DNA of 64,000 nucleotides from an uncultured Chloroflexia bacterium (GTDB lineage Bacteria; Chloroflexota; Chloroflexia; QHBQ01; JADMIH01): NCBI GenBank assembly GCA_963797095.1, contig CAWCNY010000004.1, positions 288,001 to 352,000 of the forward strand, read 5' to 3'. Shown piece by piece: positions 55,520 to 64,000 of this stretch (position 1 is its first letter; each line of letters starts with the position of its first letter). The notes under the pieces were generated by a model. It saw only the letters and a program-made list of their open reading frames with translations, ran no database searches and was not told where the DNA came from. The position numbers and the translations under genes were made by a program.

Positions 55520-56532
55520 GGGAATGTATAGTGCGCCGCGCGCTCATGCAACTGGCACGTCACGAGCAACGCTTGTGTCTCCGCTCCCGGCTCCATCCCA
55601 AGCTCTCGCTTCAGCGTGCGCGCGCACAGGTTGTACCAGTAAAGGGCGCGTGCGGGTTGCCCCAACCTGGCATGGCTCAAGATCAGGTGGCGATAAGCAT
55701 CTTCTCGGCAGTCGTCTTGCGCCAGTAGCTTCTGCGACCATATCACAGCGCCCATATAGTCGCCCGCATCAAACGACATCCCGGCCAGCATTGTCAGAAT
55801 GGTTGAATATGCGTCGCGCAGCGCCTCTCGCCTGAGCAGCGTCCAGTCCGCATAAGGCTCGTCAAGCAGATAATCACCCGTGTACAATGCCTCGGCCTCC
55901 TCGTACTCCATCATAGCCTCCGTGAGCCGTTCGTCCCTTTTCAGCCGCCAGCCATTGTGCCAGTGCCGCTCGAACTCCTCCACGTCTACCCATAATTCAA
56001 GCTCAGGGTTGAGCATAATGTTGCTCCCCTGCGGAATCACCAGTTCCTCACCATTCGGCGGTGCGTAGCTACTGCTCAAGCTTCTCCGAAGGGTGTGCAT
56101 AACCACGCGCAGGCGGCCCTGTCCCACGGATGGAGAAGCATCAGGCCACAGCAGGTCGAGCAATGCCTCCCTCGATACCGGGTGCTTCCTGTGCCCGATC
56201 AAATACTTCAATATCGTTTGCGCCTGCCCAGGCATCTCGGCCAACACCTTGGTTTGCCCGGCCATCAGCTGGAAAGGTCCAAGCAAATACGCCCTTAGCT
56301 CCGGAGGCGCAGGCCTCTCGCGCCCTTCCTTCAGGTCCGCATCTTCGCTCAGATATGGTTCTCTAGCTTCGTTTGGCTGGTCAAGGGCATCGCCAAGCGC
56401 AGCCAGATCCTCTCCAAGGGCATTCAGCGAGGCCGCAAGCCGCCGGTATTTGGCGCGGGCCTGCGCGAATCTATCGCTAAGTGCCGAGGTTTCTCTTCCC
56501 CTCAGCCTGGCAGCCAATCCCTTCACATCCAT
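55516..56532 (-). CDS. SARP (AfsR/DnrI/RedD) family activator, wHTH + BTAD
   Basis: LLGPFQL, REALLDLLWPD, WVDVEEFE, LYTGDYL, EDAYRHLI..LG, RELGMEP. Confidence 0.92.
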   Translation of the reverse strand: MDVKGLAARLRGRETSALSDRFAQARAKYRRLAASLNALGEDLAALGDALDQPNEAREPYLSEDADLKEGRERPAPPELRAYLLGPFQLMAGQTKVLAEMPGQAQTILKYLIGHRKHPVSREALLDLLWPDASPSVGQGRLRVVMHTLRRSLSSSYAPPNGEELVIPQGSNIMLNPELELWVDVEEFERHWHNGWRLKRDERLTEAMMEYEEAEALYTGDYLLDEPYADWTLLRREALRDAYSTILTMLAGMSFDAGDYMGAVIWSQKLLAQDDCREDAYRHLILSHARLGQPARALYWYNLCARTLKRELGMEPGAETQALLVTCQLHERAAHYTFP

Positions 56533-56779
56533 AACGTATCCACGGCTCGGTCTAAATGAACGATCGGTCGCCGGAGCAAACAAAAGATAGTCTAACCCGA
56601 CTTCTTTCCTGAAGACTAACTGGAGATAAGGCGGGTAGTACCAATGGAACCTGCTGGCACGAAGTGTGTCGTGTAGATGTTATTACCTGACCCCTCTCGT
56701 TTCAGGGGCCAATCAGGCAAGTGTATTTTGAATAATAGCACCGACGCTTGTGGGTGTCAACAGCACTATTGTCGCATAT

Positions 56780-57526
56780 TCAGGTGTTCCGCCCTATCCT
56801 CATAAAGATCGGCCAAAACGTCATTTTCCGCTCCTCAGCGTCTCCCCACGCCTCGGCCAGTTCGCCTTCCACCAGGTCCACAGGGTCGCTGCCGCGCGCT
56901 TCAATATACCGTCTCACAGGCGACCACGTCCTCAAATAGGCCAGCATATCGCTCAGGTCCCATTCAAGCTCAATACTGAACTGAGGTGGCTCGATCTCCC
57001 TGAAGGGGAACGCAAACGAGCTATAGCCCTCGTCCACGTACTTCCGCTCGCGCGGCCAGTATGGACCAACCGTCTCGTAATAAAAACGATCGATAATCCG
57101 ATCTATATCGCCACCTATCCTGCAAAGCGCGTAAGCCCACACAGCCAGCACTCCATCCTTTTTCAGCGTCCGATGCGCCTCCTCAAAGAAGCGTTCCAGG
57201 TCGAACCAATGGAGCGCCTGCGCCACCGTTATCAGGTCAACTGTACCACTATCCAACCCCGACCCCTCGGCCCGCGCCTCCCTGTACTCCACTTTCGGGT
57301 GCGCAAAGGCATTCCGCAATTGCGCCGAACTGGGGTCGGTAGCGATCACATGCTCAAAATAGTCGGCCAACCCCACCGCAGCCTGCCCGTTTCCCGTCCC
57401 ACAATCCCACGCCAACTCATGTCCGGCAGCCACCGAAGCCACATACTCGAACAACCGCGCCGGGTAATGGGGCCGCCGCCGCGCATACTCGTCCGATTGC
57501 GCAGAGAAATAATCCTTGAATTGCAT
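56780..57526 (-). CDS. Class I SAM-dependent methyltransferase
   Basis: YARRRPHYP, WDCGTGNGQ, ITVAQALHWF. Confidence 0.93.
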   Translation of the reverse strand: MQFKDYFSAQSDEYARRRPHYPARLFEYVASVAAGHELAWDCGTGNGQAAVGLADYFEHVIATDPSSAQLRNAFAHPKVEYREARAEGSGLDSGTVDLITVAQALHWFDLERFFEEAHRTLKKDGVLAVWAYALCRIGGDIDRIIDRFYYETVGPYWPRERKYVDEGYSSFAFPFREIEPPQFSIELEWDLSDMLAYLRTWSPVRRYIEARGSDPVDLVEGELAEAWGDAEERKMTFWPIFMRIGRNT

Positions 57527-57726
57527 GCCACATTATACGCCAACCCAAAATTGAAACATGAAACATCCCAAATCCTAGGTTCAGCTTCGCAGTTGCGCAA
57601 TCTGGTTCTAAAATAGGCAAAATTCGGGGAGGGGTTGGGGTGGGGTCTGCGGTCATTCCCAATCTGTCTTACGCACGAATCGAAAATTCGGGATGCCTCA
57701 GGTATGTCGTACCTGGCAAAGACTCT

Positions 57727-60117
57727 CTACGCGCCTGCTTGCGCCTTGTCTCCCTTCGACGTGCGTCGCGCAGCTTCAGCCTCGTCCTTCGCCGCCGAGC
57801 CAACCGGGATCGCTTCGTCCGGGTCACTCTCTCCAAGCCCAAGACGTGTGTACAACGCCGCCAAAGGGCGCGGAGCCCACCAATTCAACCGCCCAAGCAG
57901 CCTCATCGTGGCAGGCACAAGCAGCATGCGCACAACCGTCGCATCAACCAGGATCGCAAGCCCCAGCCCGACCCCTACCTGTTTGATGAACAACACGTCG
58001 CCAAGCGCGAACGCTCCGATCACCACCACCAGTAACAGAGCCGCGCTGGTGATGATCCCACCGGTCCGTTGCACTCCGGTCGCCACCGACTGCACTGTAT
58101 CGCCTGTGTGGTCGTAAGCCTCCTTGATTCGGCTCAGCAGGAACACTTCATAGTCCATCGACAGCCCGAACGCGATAGCGAAGATCAGCACCGGCATAGT
58201 GCCGTCGATATTCCCCAACGGTGTGAAATTGAGCACGTTCGACAGATGCCCATCCTGGAATATCCACACAAGCGCCCCAAAACTTGCCGAAAGAGACAGC
58301 ACATTTAGCACCACAGCTTTCAGCGGCACTACCACGCTCCCCAGCATCAGGAACAGCAGTATAAACATTACAGCTACGATCAAGATCACCGCGATGGGCA
58401 CGCCGGCCGCCAGGCTCGCAAGGAAATCGTCCAACTGAGCACTATATCCGCCGACCAACGCTGTTATCCCCTCTGGCGGCGCAACGGCACGTATCTGCCG
58501 CACTAGATCCTGTGCGCCACTGCCCAGTATGTCCCCCGAATAGATCACACGTACCTCGCTGTAATTCCCATTCGAGTACTGCGCGGCTGCCTGCGCGGCC
58601 AGCGCCGCCTGGGGGTTCGCCGAATTCCCTATTGACGAGTAGAAAGCTGCGTACGCTGCGCTCCCAAGGGAGTCCAGCCGTGGATCCAGCGTCACCAGAC
58701 TTTCAACCCTCGTAACTCCTGGCAGCGCCTGGAGCTTGCGAGTGTAGTTGAACAGCGCGCTCAGGTTGTCCGCGCTCGTAGCCGCACTGTCGCTATGAAC
58801 TATGACCTCGATAGGCTGAGTCTCGTTCTGCGGGAAATCGCTCGTCAGCGCCTCACCTACGGCCCGGCTCTCCGCACCCTCAGGCAGCGCCCGGTGGTCC
58901 GGAATAGACAGGTTAATTCCAAAGAAAGGCAGCCCCACTATAAGCAAAGGCAACACCGTCGCGACCAGCACCACCACCGGGCGGCGCATCACAAAGTTGC
59001 TCAGCCTGTACCACAGACCGCTATCGCTACCGTTCGCATTCCCGTTCTGCCCGGCGACCCCTCCTGCTCCTCTGAACCGTGTCGGCAGCAGTGAACGCAC
59101 CGACAGCATATTTACCCTCGGCCCCATCAGCGCCAGAATCGCGGGCAGCACTGTCACGGCCCCAACCATCGCGATCATCACCGCCGAAGCCCCACCCCAA
59201 CCCATGCTCTTGAGGAACATTTGCGGGAACACCATCAGGCTCAACAAACTGATCATCACAGTCAGACCGCTGAAGATCACCGTCTTCCCTGCCGTCTGCA
59301 TGGTCTTCGTCAGAGCCGGTTGCACGTTATTGTCGTGCCGCACCAGTTCTTCCCGGAAGCGGCTCACCATGAACAGGCTGTAGTCAATAGCCAACCCCAG
59401 GCCCAGCATGGTCACGATATTGACCGCAAATATGGAAACATCGGCAAAATTGGTCGTGATCCGCAGTATGAGGAACGCCCCCAGTATCGCCAGACCACCC
59501 GTAAACAAGGGCAAAGCCGCCGCCAGCAAACTCCCGAATATGATCACAAGTAGCACGAACACAATCGGAAAACTCAGTGTCTCGGCTCGCTCAAGGTCGG
59601 TCTGTACCAGTTCATTGATCTCCTGGCTAACCGCCGGGTACCCACCCAGGCGCACCTCCAGCGTATCGCTCGTGAGGAGAGGGCGCAGCCGCTTCATATT
59701 CTCTAATTGAACATCGTCATCACCCTGTAGCCCCACAACCGCATAGGTGCTTGTGTGGTCGTTCGACACCAGCGTGCTCGACCCGGTTGTGTAATAAGTC
59801 GTGATCCCCGCCACGTTCGGCTGTCCCTTGATCCGGTCCAGCGTAGCTTCCACCACCGCCTTGTAGCTGGGTGCGTCTACCTGCGTGCCGTCCTTCGAGT
59901 TGAACAGCACCACCAGCGTGCGGGCCGCCTGTCCCATTTCCGACTTGAGCAGACTCTCGACCTGTGCCGATTCCGAGCCGGGATTATCGTACCCGCCCGC
60001 TTTCAGGTCCGCGAAGACGCTCGTCCCAAAGACTCCACTTACTGCCATAAAGGCCAACCCGGCCACCAGCACAAACCATCTAGACTTGTAAATTGAGTTG
60101 CCTAGCCATGCGAACAT
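57727..60117 (-). CDS. MMPL/RND family transporter
   Basis: GLGLAIDYSLFMVSRFREE, FGLSMDYEVFLLSRIKE, DATVVRMLLVPA. Confidence 0.95.
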   Translation of the reverse strand: MFAWLGNSIYKSRWFVLVAGLAFMAVSGVFGTSVFADLKAGGYDNPGSESAQVESLLKSEMGQAARTLVVLFNSKDGTQVDAPSYKAVVEATLDRIKGQPNVAGITTYYTTGSSTLVSNDHTSTYAVVGLQGDDDVQLENMKRLRPLLTSDTLEVRLGGYPAVSQEINELVQTDLERAETLSFPIVFVLLVIIFGSLLAAALPLFTGGLAILGAFLILRITTNFADVSIFAVNIVTMLGLGLAIDYSLFMVSRFREELVRHDNNVQPALTKTMQTAGKTVIFSGLTVMISLLSLMVFPQMFLKSMGWGGASAVMIAMVGAVTVLPAILALMGPRVNMLSVRSLLPTRFRGAGGVAGQNGNANGSDSGLWYRLSNFVMRRPVVVLVATVLPLLIVGLPFFGINLSIPDHRALPEGAESRAVGEALTSDFPQNETQPIEVIVHSDSAATSADNLSALFNYTRKLQALPGVTRVESLVTLDPRLDSLGSAAYAAFYSSIGNSANPQAALAAQAAAQYSNGNYSEVRVIYSGDILGSGAQDLVRQIRAVAPPEGITALVGGYSAQLDDFLASLAAGVPIAVILIVAVMFILLFLMLGSVVVPLKAVVLNVLSLSASFGALVWIFQDGHLSNVLNFTPLGNIDGTMPVLIFAIAFGLSMDYEVFLLSRIKEAYDHTGDTVQSVATGVQRTGGIITSAALLLVVVIGAFALGDVLFIKQVGVGLGLAILVDATVVRMLLVPATMRLLGRLNWWAPRPLAALYTRLGLGESDPDEAIPVGSAAKDEAEAARRTSKGDKAQAGA

Positions 60118-60144
60118 TGCCTTCTCCTTGGTGTTTCCTCAGAT

Positions 60145-60161
60145 TGAATGAAGTTCATTCA
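60145..60161. promoter_or_regulatory. TetR operator, copy 1 (upstream of MMPL)
   Basis: Palindrome TGAATGAA-G-TTCATTCA, identical to 60864-60880. Confidence 0.8.
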
Positions 60162-60215
60162 TGCGCGGTCATAACGAGCGGGTTTTCATTATCAGGTGCC
60201 CGAAGCCTCAGGGGA

Positions 60216-60809
60216 TTACAGGAGGTCCGGGTTTACCAGCCAGCGGTTGAGGGCATCCACCAGCGCATCGATATATTCCGCCTGCCGCGTTCCTTCCTCC
60301 ACCACAAAACATTGCAGCAAAGCGCCATTCACCATACCGTATATCACAACGGCCGCCGTAGCCGAGTCCACGGGCCTTAGCGCTCCAATCTGAATCCCTT
60401 CCTCCAGGAACGCCTTCAATACCTCGAAGATCGACGCGGGGGCTTCCATATCCCACTTACCGACCAGTTCCGCCTGCACACCCATCAATTGCACCATGTT
60501 GGTGTGCCTGGCGCATATCGCAAATGTGGCCTCGATCATCGGGCGGGCGCGCAAGTGAAACGGGACGTCGTTCAACTCCGGGCGAGCAAGCGAGCCAAGC
60601 ACTTCCTGCTCCCAGCTACCCTTGACAGCCGCCAGTATTTCGCCCTTGTTCTTGAAGTACAGGTATACGGTCCCAACTCCCACGCCCGCGCGCTTCGCTA
60701 CCTGGGCTATGGTAGTGCTCTCGTAACCCTCCGTAGTAAACAGGTCGCGCGCCGCCTCGATAATAGCGTTTCGCTTGTCGAAGTCGGCACCCCGCACCTC
60801 GTCGTCCAT
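60216..60809 (-). CDS. TetR/AcrR family regulator
   Basis: IIEAARDLF..GYESTTIAQVAKRAGVGVGTVYLYFKNK. Confidence 0.95.
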   Translation of the reverse strand: MDDEVRGADFDKRNAIIEAARDLFTTEGYESTTIAQVAKRAGVGVGTVYLYFKNKGEILAAVKGSWEQEVLGSLARPELNDVPFHLRARPMIEATFAICARHTNMVQLMGVQAELVGKWDMEAPASIFEVLKAFLEEGIQIGALRPVDSATAAVVIYGMVNGALLQCFVVEEGTRQAEYIDALVDALNRWLVNPDLL

Positions 60810-60863
60810 ATTTCGCTTGATTCGCTGGATTGCCACTCTATCTCCAATGCTCCCTAACGCTAT

Positions 60864-60911
60864 TGAATGAAGTTCATTCAGTACCATATCACCGTTCTAC
60901 CGGTCTGTCAA
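60864..60911 (-). promoter_or_regulatory. tetR promoter with adjacent operator copy 2
   Basis: TTGACA-17 nt-TATGGT followed by the palindrome at 60864-60880. Confidence 0.78.
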
Positions 60912-61065
60912 TACCCTCGCCCCATCAATTTACCGGGATTTTACCTTCCGCTCATATCCCCTTAATCTGCGTCCTCTAACATTGTGCTGAAACAAAGAAC
61001 ACGCCAATACCAAACCTATGCACCTCTCAAATCTCAAACTCGAAACGGAAGGAGAACATTCCCAA

Positions 61066-61245
61066 ATGTACCGCAGACGACTCAGACCATTGAGACCCAG
61101 GCTTTGGCGGACTCGCCCAATGCTAATCCGCCCCATCGGAAGACCTTTCGGCCCACGCCGCTGGTTCGGTGGCCGGTGGCTCGGTTTCTTCCCGCTAATG
61201 TGCCTCGGCCTCGTGTTGGCCCTGCTCCTCCTTCGCCTTTTCTAG
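61066..61245 (+). CDS. Small Arg/Pro-rich membrane peptide
   Basis: AAGGAG RBS; MYRRRLRPLRPRLWRTRP.. followed by a hydrophobic C-terminal helix. Confidence 0.5.
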   Translation: MYRRRLRPLRPRLWRTRPMLIRPIGRPFGPRRWFGGRWLGFFPLMCLGLVLALLLLRLF

Positions 61246-61312
61246 CTACGTGTTCTAAGCGCGAGGTACACCTCGCCCCGTCATGACGACAAACGAGCCT
61301 GCAAAGCTCTCT

Positions 61313-62080
61313 CTAATCGAGAACCTTCTCCCTGTAGTGATAAGCATAAATCGTCTCAAACCCCAGCTTCTCATAAAGCCGGACCGCAGGCGAATTCTCC
61401 GCCACTACTTGCAAATAAGCCATTTCCGCGCCTGCATCGCGTGACCACACCCCCAACGCCCGCACGATCTCCGTCCCAATGCCCAGCCGCTGAAAAGTTG
61501 CTTTCGTGGCGATACTAAACAACCCAACCCACCCACGCTCCGCGACCGCGATCCCAACTCCCACCGCGTCCGCCCCCACTTTTGCAAGCGCAAATCCTGC
61601 ACGCGGCCCAATTGATGAAAACGCCAGTCTATAAGCCGGCCCTTGCGTCTCCGGAAACCCCTCGACCATCAGAAATTCCCCAATCCACTCGTCTGTGACA
61701 GGCTCCTCAATTTCCAGTTCGATATCGAGCGGTGGTCCGGCCCTCTCAATCATCCCCTCGACCGCGCCCACCATCACCGATGTCGGCGCGCTAACTCCAT
61801 AACCCCTTTGTTCCAACAAAGAGTCGAGAGCCAACGGAGATGCCGGGCTGATCTGGTAACGTGCAGGCAATCGTTGCCTTCGATAGAAATTCTCGACAAC
61901 TTCGAGCCAATCTGCCTGCTTCGGCATTTGAGCGTTAGTCAGCACGCTGTTCGCCCGCCGCGTGATGCCATCTGCCGCACGCAGTCGCCACCCCTCAAGC
62001 GCCTGCTGCACCCGTCCCGGACGAGCATTGGCCGCCAGCTCGTCTAACAACCTGATGTCGTACACCCGTCCCACTCCCAT
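61313..62080 (-). CDS. GNAT family acetyltransferase
   Basis: GWRLRAADGITRRANSV; FQRLGIG; AYLQVVAENSPAVRLYEKLGF. Confidence 0.92.
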   Translation of the reverse strand: MGVGRVYDIRLLDELAANARPGRVQQALEGWRLRAADGITRRANSVLTNAQMPKQADWLEVVENFYRRQRLPARYQISPASPLALDSLLEQRGYGVSAPTSVMVGAVEGMIERAGPPLDIELEIEEPVTDEWIGEFLMVEGFPETQGPAYRLAFSSIGPRAGFALAKVGADAVGVGIAVAERGWVGLFSIATKATFQRLGIGTEIVRALGVWSRDAGAEMAYLQVVAENSPAVRLYEKLGFETIYAYHYREKVLD

Positions 62081-62823
62081 CAGCCCACGCGAGTCGCGGC
62101 CTCTTTGAGACCTCGCACGTAATCCGATACCTCCAACATAATCTCATCCGGAGGGTGAGACACCAGAATTTCGTCCATCCCTCTCCCCACCAGTATCCCA
62201 TCAGCCGGCGCTGCCTCTCCGGCCACCGCCTCCATCCCAACAACAAGAGGCAGCCCGGTCCTGTCCAGCACCCGCTGACGAAGTTCGTTCACCCTGACTC
62301 CATTTGAGGAACCTGGAGTACAATACGCAAACCCGCCACCCTCAGGTATGCTAACAGCTATGGCGCCCGCCCACTGGTCAGAAACCGGCTGGATAGCATC
62401 CACCCCCGCCTCCATACACAAGGCACCAAAAGGCCCGAACCCCTCAATCGAAATATCGGGAATCAGCACACCATCGATCCCGGCTTCAGCGCATCCCGAT
62501 ACCAACCTGTCAAACCCATAATCGCGAGCCTCAGCGAGCGCACATACCAGTACCAACGGCACCTCGTTAGTCCGCCGAGCCTCGGCTGCGATGCTCAGGC
62601 AATCGTCCATACTTCCCATGCCCTCCAGCCAGCCGCCCCCACCTTCCAGTCCACGCAACCTTGCTGAGGTACCAAGAGCGATCAGGTCTGCCCCCTGCCT
62701 CCCGATCACAGGCAGCAGCGAGCGGCTGGTCTGCAAGTCCGGCAACCCAACAGGCAAATAAGGGATCACAGCCACCTCGCCCGTCTTACCCAATCGGCGG
62801 AAAGTCGATGCGATGCGGGTCAT
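62080..62823 (-). CDS. Degenerate tryptophan synthase alpha-like TIM-barrel protein
   Basis: IPYLPVGLPD, GADLIALG, AGIDGVLIPD, LPLVVG, ADGILVG; catalytic Glu and Asp loop absent. Confidence 0.75.
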   Translation of the reverse strand: MTRIASTFRRLGKTGEVAVIPYLPVGLPDLQTSRSLLPVIGRQGADLIALGTSARLRGLEGGGGWLEGMGSMDDCLSIAAEARRTNEVPLVLVCALAEARDYGFDRLVSGCAEAGIDGVLIPDISIEGFGPFGALCMEAGVDAIQPVSDQWAGAIAVSIPEGGGFAYCTPGSSNGVRVNELRQRVLDRTGLPLVVGMEAVAGEAAPADGILVGRGMDEILVSHPPDEIMLEVSDYVRGLKEAATRVG

Positions 62824-62915
62824 ACTCTATCGCCCAACGCGCAGGCCACATAAGTGGGGCATGATTTGCGGTCCATCTAAATAATTGTACAGCACCCACC
62901 CCTCAATCCCAATTC

Positions 62916-64000
62916 TCACCGTGGCTCGATCTGGTTGAAGTAGTCGCGCACCAGGTCCTTATATCCCTGCGGTATGTAATCGCTGTCGAGGGCCGTACCC
63001 GCCTGCTCCTTGTACTCGCCATACACATTCTCGTACGGCACAACCGAAGGCCCTATTGAATTCGCGTCCGTATTTGTTGGCGCTGTGCTCTGCTCCCCAC
63101 CTGGATTGTCCTGCCCCTGCACGCTCACAGGCGTAAGCGTGGCCTCCACGCTGCTGGGCGGCACATACACAGGCTCATTATGGCCCGTTCCCCACCCTCC
63201 GGCAGGCGGTCCCACATTACTCCCCTGTCCGTTCCCCTGCCCATTACCCTGTCCTTGTCCCCCACCTTGCCCTTGCTGGCCCTGTTGACCTTGCCCGTTA
63301 CCGTTACCCTGGCCCTGTCCTTGCCCGTTACCGTTACCCTGGCCCTGTCCTTGCCCGTTGCCTGCCGCCACTGGAGTGCCCGCCGTTGCCGTGCTCCCAG
63401 CCTGCGCTGTGCCCGCAATCGCCACGGGCGTAAGCGTCCCGCTCGCCCGCGCCACTGGACTTCCCGACAGTGTGCCAACCGCCACCGGGCTGCCTGTCAT
63501 GGGACTTCCCAGCGCCACCGCTGTCCCGTTCGCGCTCGGAGTACCTGGCGTGCCTCCCACAGCGGGCGTACCGGCCACCGCCGTCCCGCCACTCGTGGGC
63601 GTTGGCTGCCCTGTGCTCGCGATATTCTCCTTGCTCGCCTGAATCTGCGCCAGCGACTGCTCGATCTGCTTCTGCGTAGCGAGGTTTTGCCCTGTTTGCT
63701 CCACCTTATCCGACAGGTTGTTTAGCGCATCCTTAGCCGCCTCAGGATCCGCGTTCTCCAAAGCCGATGCCGCATCCTCCAATCTGCTCGCGAGTTCGGG
63801 GTCCAGGCTAGCCACCGCATCGCGTGCTTCGCGCAACTCATCGGCAAGCGCCTTCCGCGCCTCCGGTGTCATCTTGTCGGCACTATCGGCCAGGTGCTTT
63901 AGCTCCTCTGCCGACTTCTGTGGGTCGTCATTTTTGAGCGCATCCCCCGCCCGTTGAAGGTTCGGATCCCCCGAACTCGACAATTGATCCGCCAACCCCT
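62916..64000 (-). CDS. Hypothetical coiled-coil, Gly/Gln-rich protein, 3' part (continues beyond the window)
   Basis: Open to the window edge; GQGQGNGNGQ repeats (30-bp tandem 63291-63350); C-term VPYENVY..YIPQGYKDLVRDYF. Confidence 0.75.
   Translation of the reverse strand, partial: GLADQLSSSGDPNLQRAGDALKNDDPQKSAEELKHLADSADKMTPEARKALADELREARDAVASLDPELASRLEDAASALENADPEAAKDALNNLSDKVEQTGQNLATQKQIEQSLAQIQASKENIASTGQPTPTSGGTAVAGTPAVGGTPGTPSANGTAVALGSPMTGSPVAVGTLSGSPVARASGTLTPVAIAGTAQAGSTATAGTPVAAGNGQGQGQGNGNGQGQGQGNGNGQGQQGQQGQGGGQGQGNGQGNGQGSNVGPPAGGWGTGHNEPVYVPPSSVEATLTPVSVQGQDNPGGEQSTAPTNTDANSIGPSVVPYENVYGEYKEQAGTALDSDYIPQGYKDLVRDYFNQIEPR

Noticed and set aside
63240-63360. Tandem DNA repeats as a separate element
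   Set aside because: They simply encode a Gly/Gln/Asn low-complexity linker
1-64000. tRNA-Sec (selC), other tRNA/rRNA genes or IS elements
   Set aside because: No recognisable cloverleaf, rRNA or transposase seen by eye; a covariance-model search would be needed to exclude them

Overview
Genomic window from a GC-rich bacterium, most likely Chloroflexota (inferred from the N-terminal repeat domains on PstS, STRR-like heptamer repeats and overall gene content). It has four blocks. (1) 1-3945: the 3' end of selB, a frameshifted FabL-like reductase, a membrane TlpA redoxin and two tandem membrane-anchored rhodanese genes. Both rhodaneses have an in-frame TGA at the same active-site position (YCQ-U-P) followed by a conserved hairpin, so they are predicted selenoproteins that the ORF caller truncated. 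(2) 4-12 kb: PIG-L deacetylase, MgtE-N/CBS protein plus NRAMP-like transporter, AhpD/CMD, YibE/F and a 3xGAF kinase. (3) 12.2-22.2 kb: a pho regulon (phoB-phoR-mgsA-pstSCAB-B-phoU) with two matching Pho-box-like promoters, one of which drives a candidate sRNA. (4) 22.2-56.6 kb: a contractile injection system (eCIS/CIS) locus on the minus strand. It has a SARP activator and its predicted heptamer binding site, a candidate -1 frameshifted tail chaperone, three CisA-like membrane adaptors, no recognisable lysis or PAAR gene, and a cargo cluster (shared leader motif, DUF4157 cassettes, three YkgJ-type Cys-cluster proteins). The window ends with a methyltransferase, MMPL/TetR with operators, a GNAT and a degenerate TrpA-like gene. 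All assignments come from reading motifs by eye; no database searches were run.
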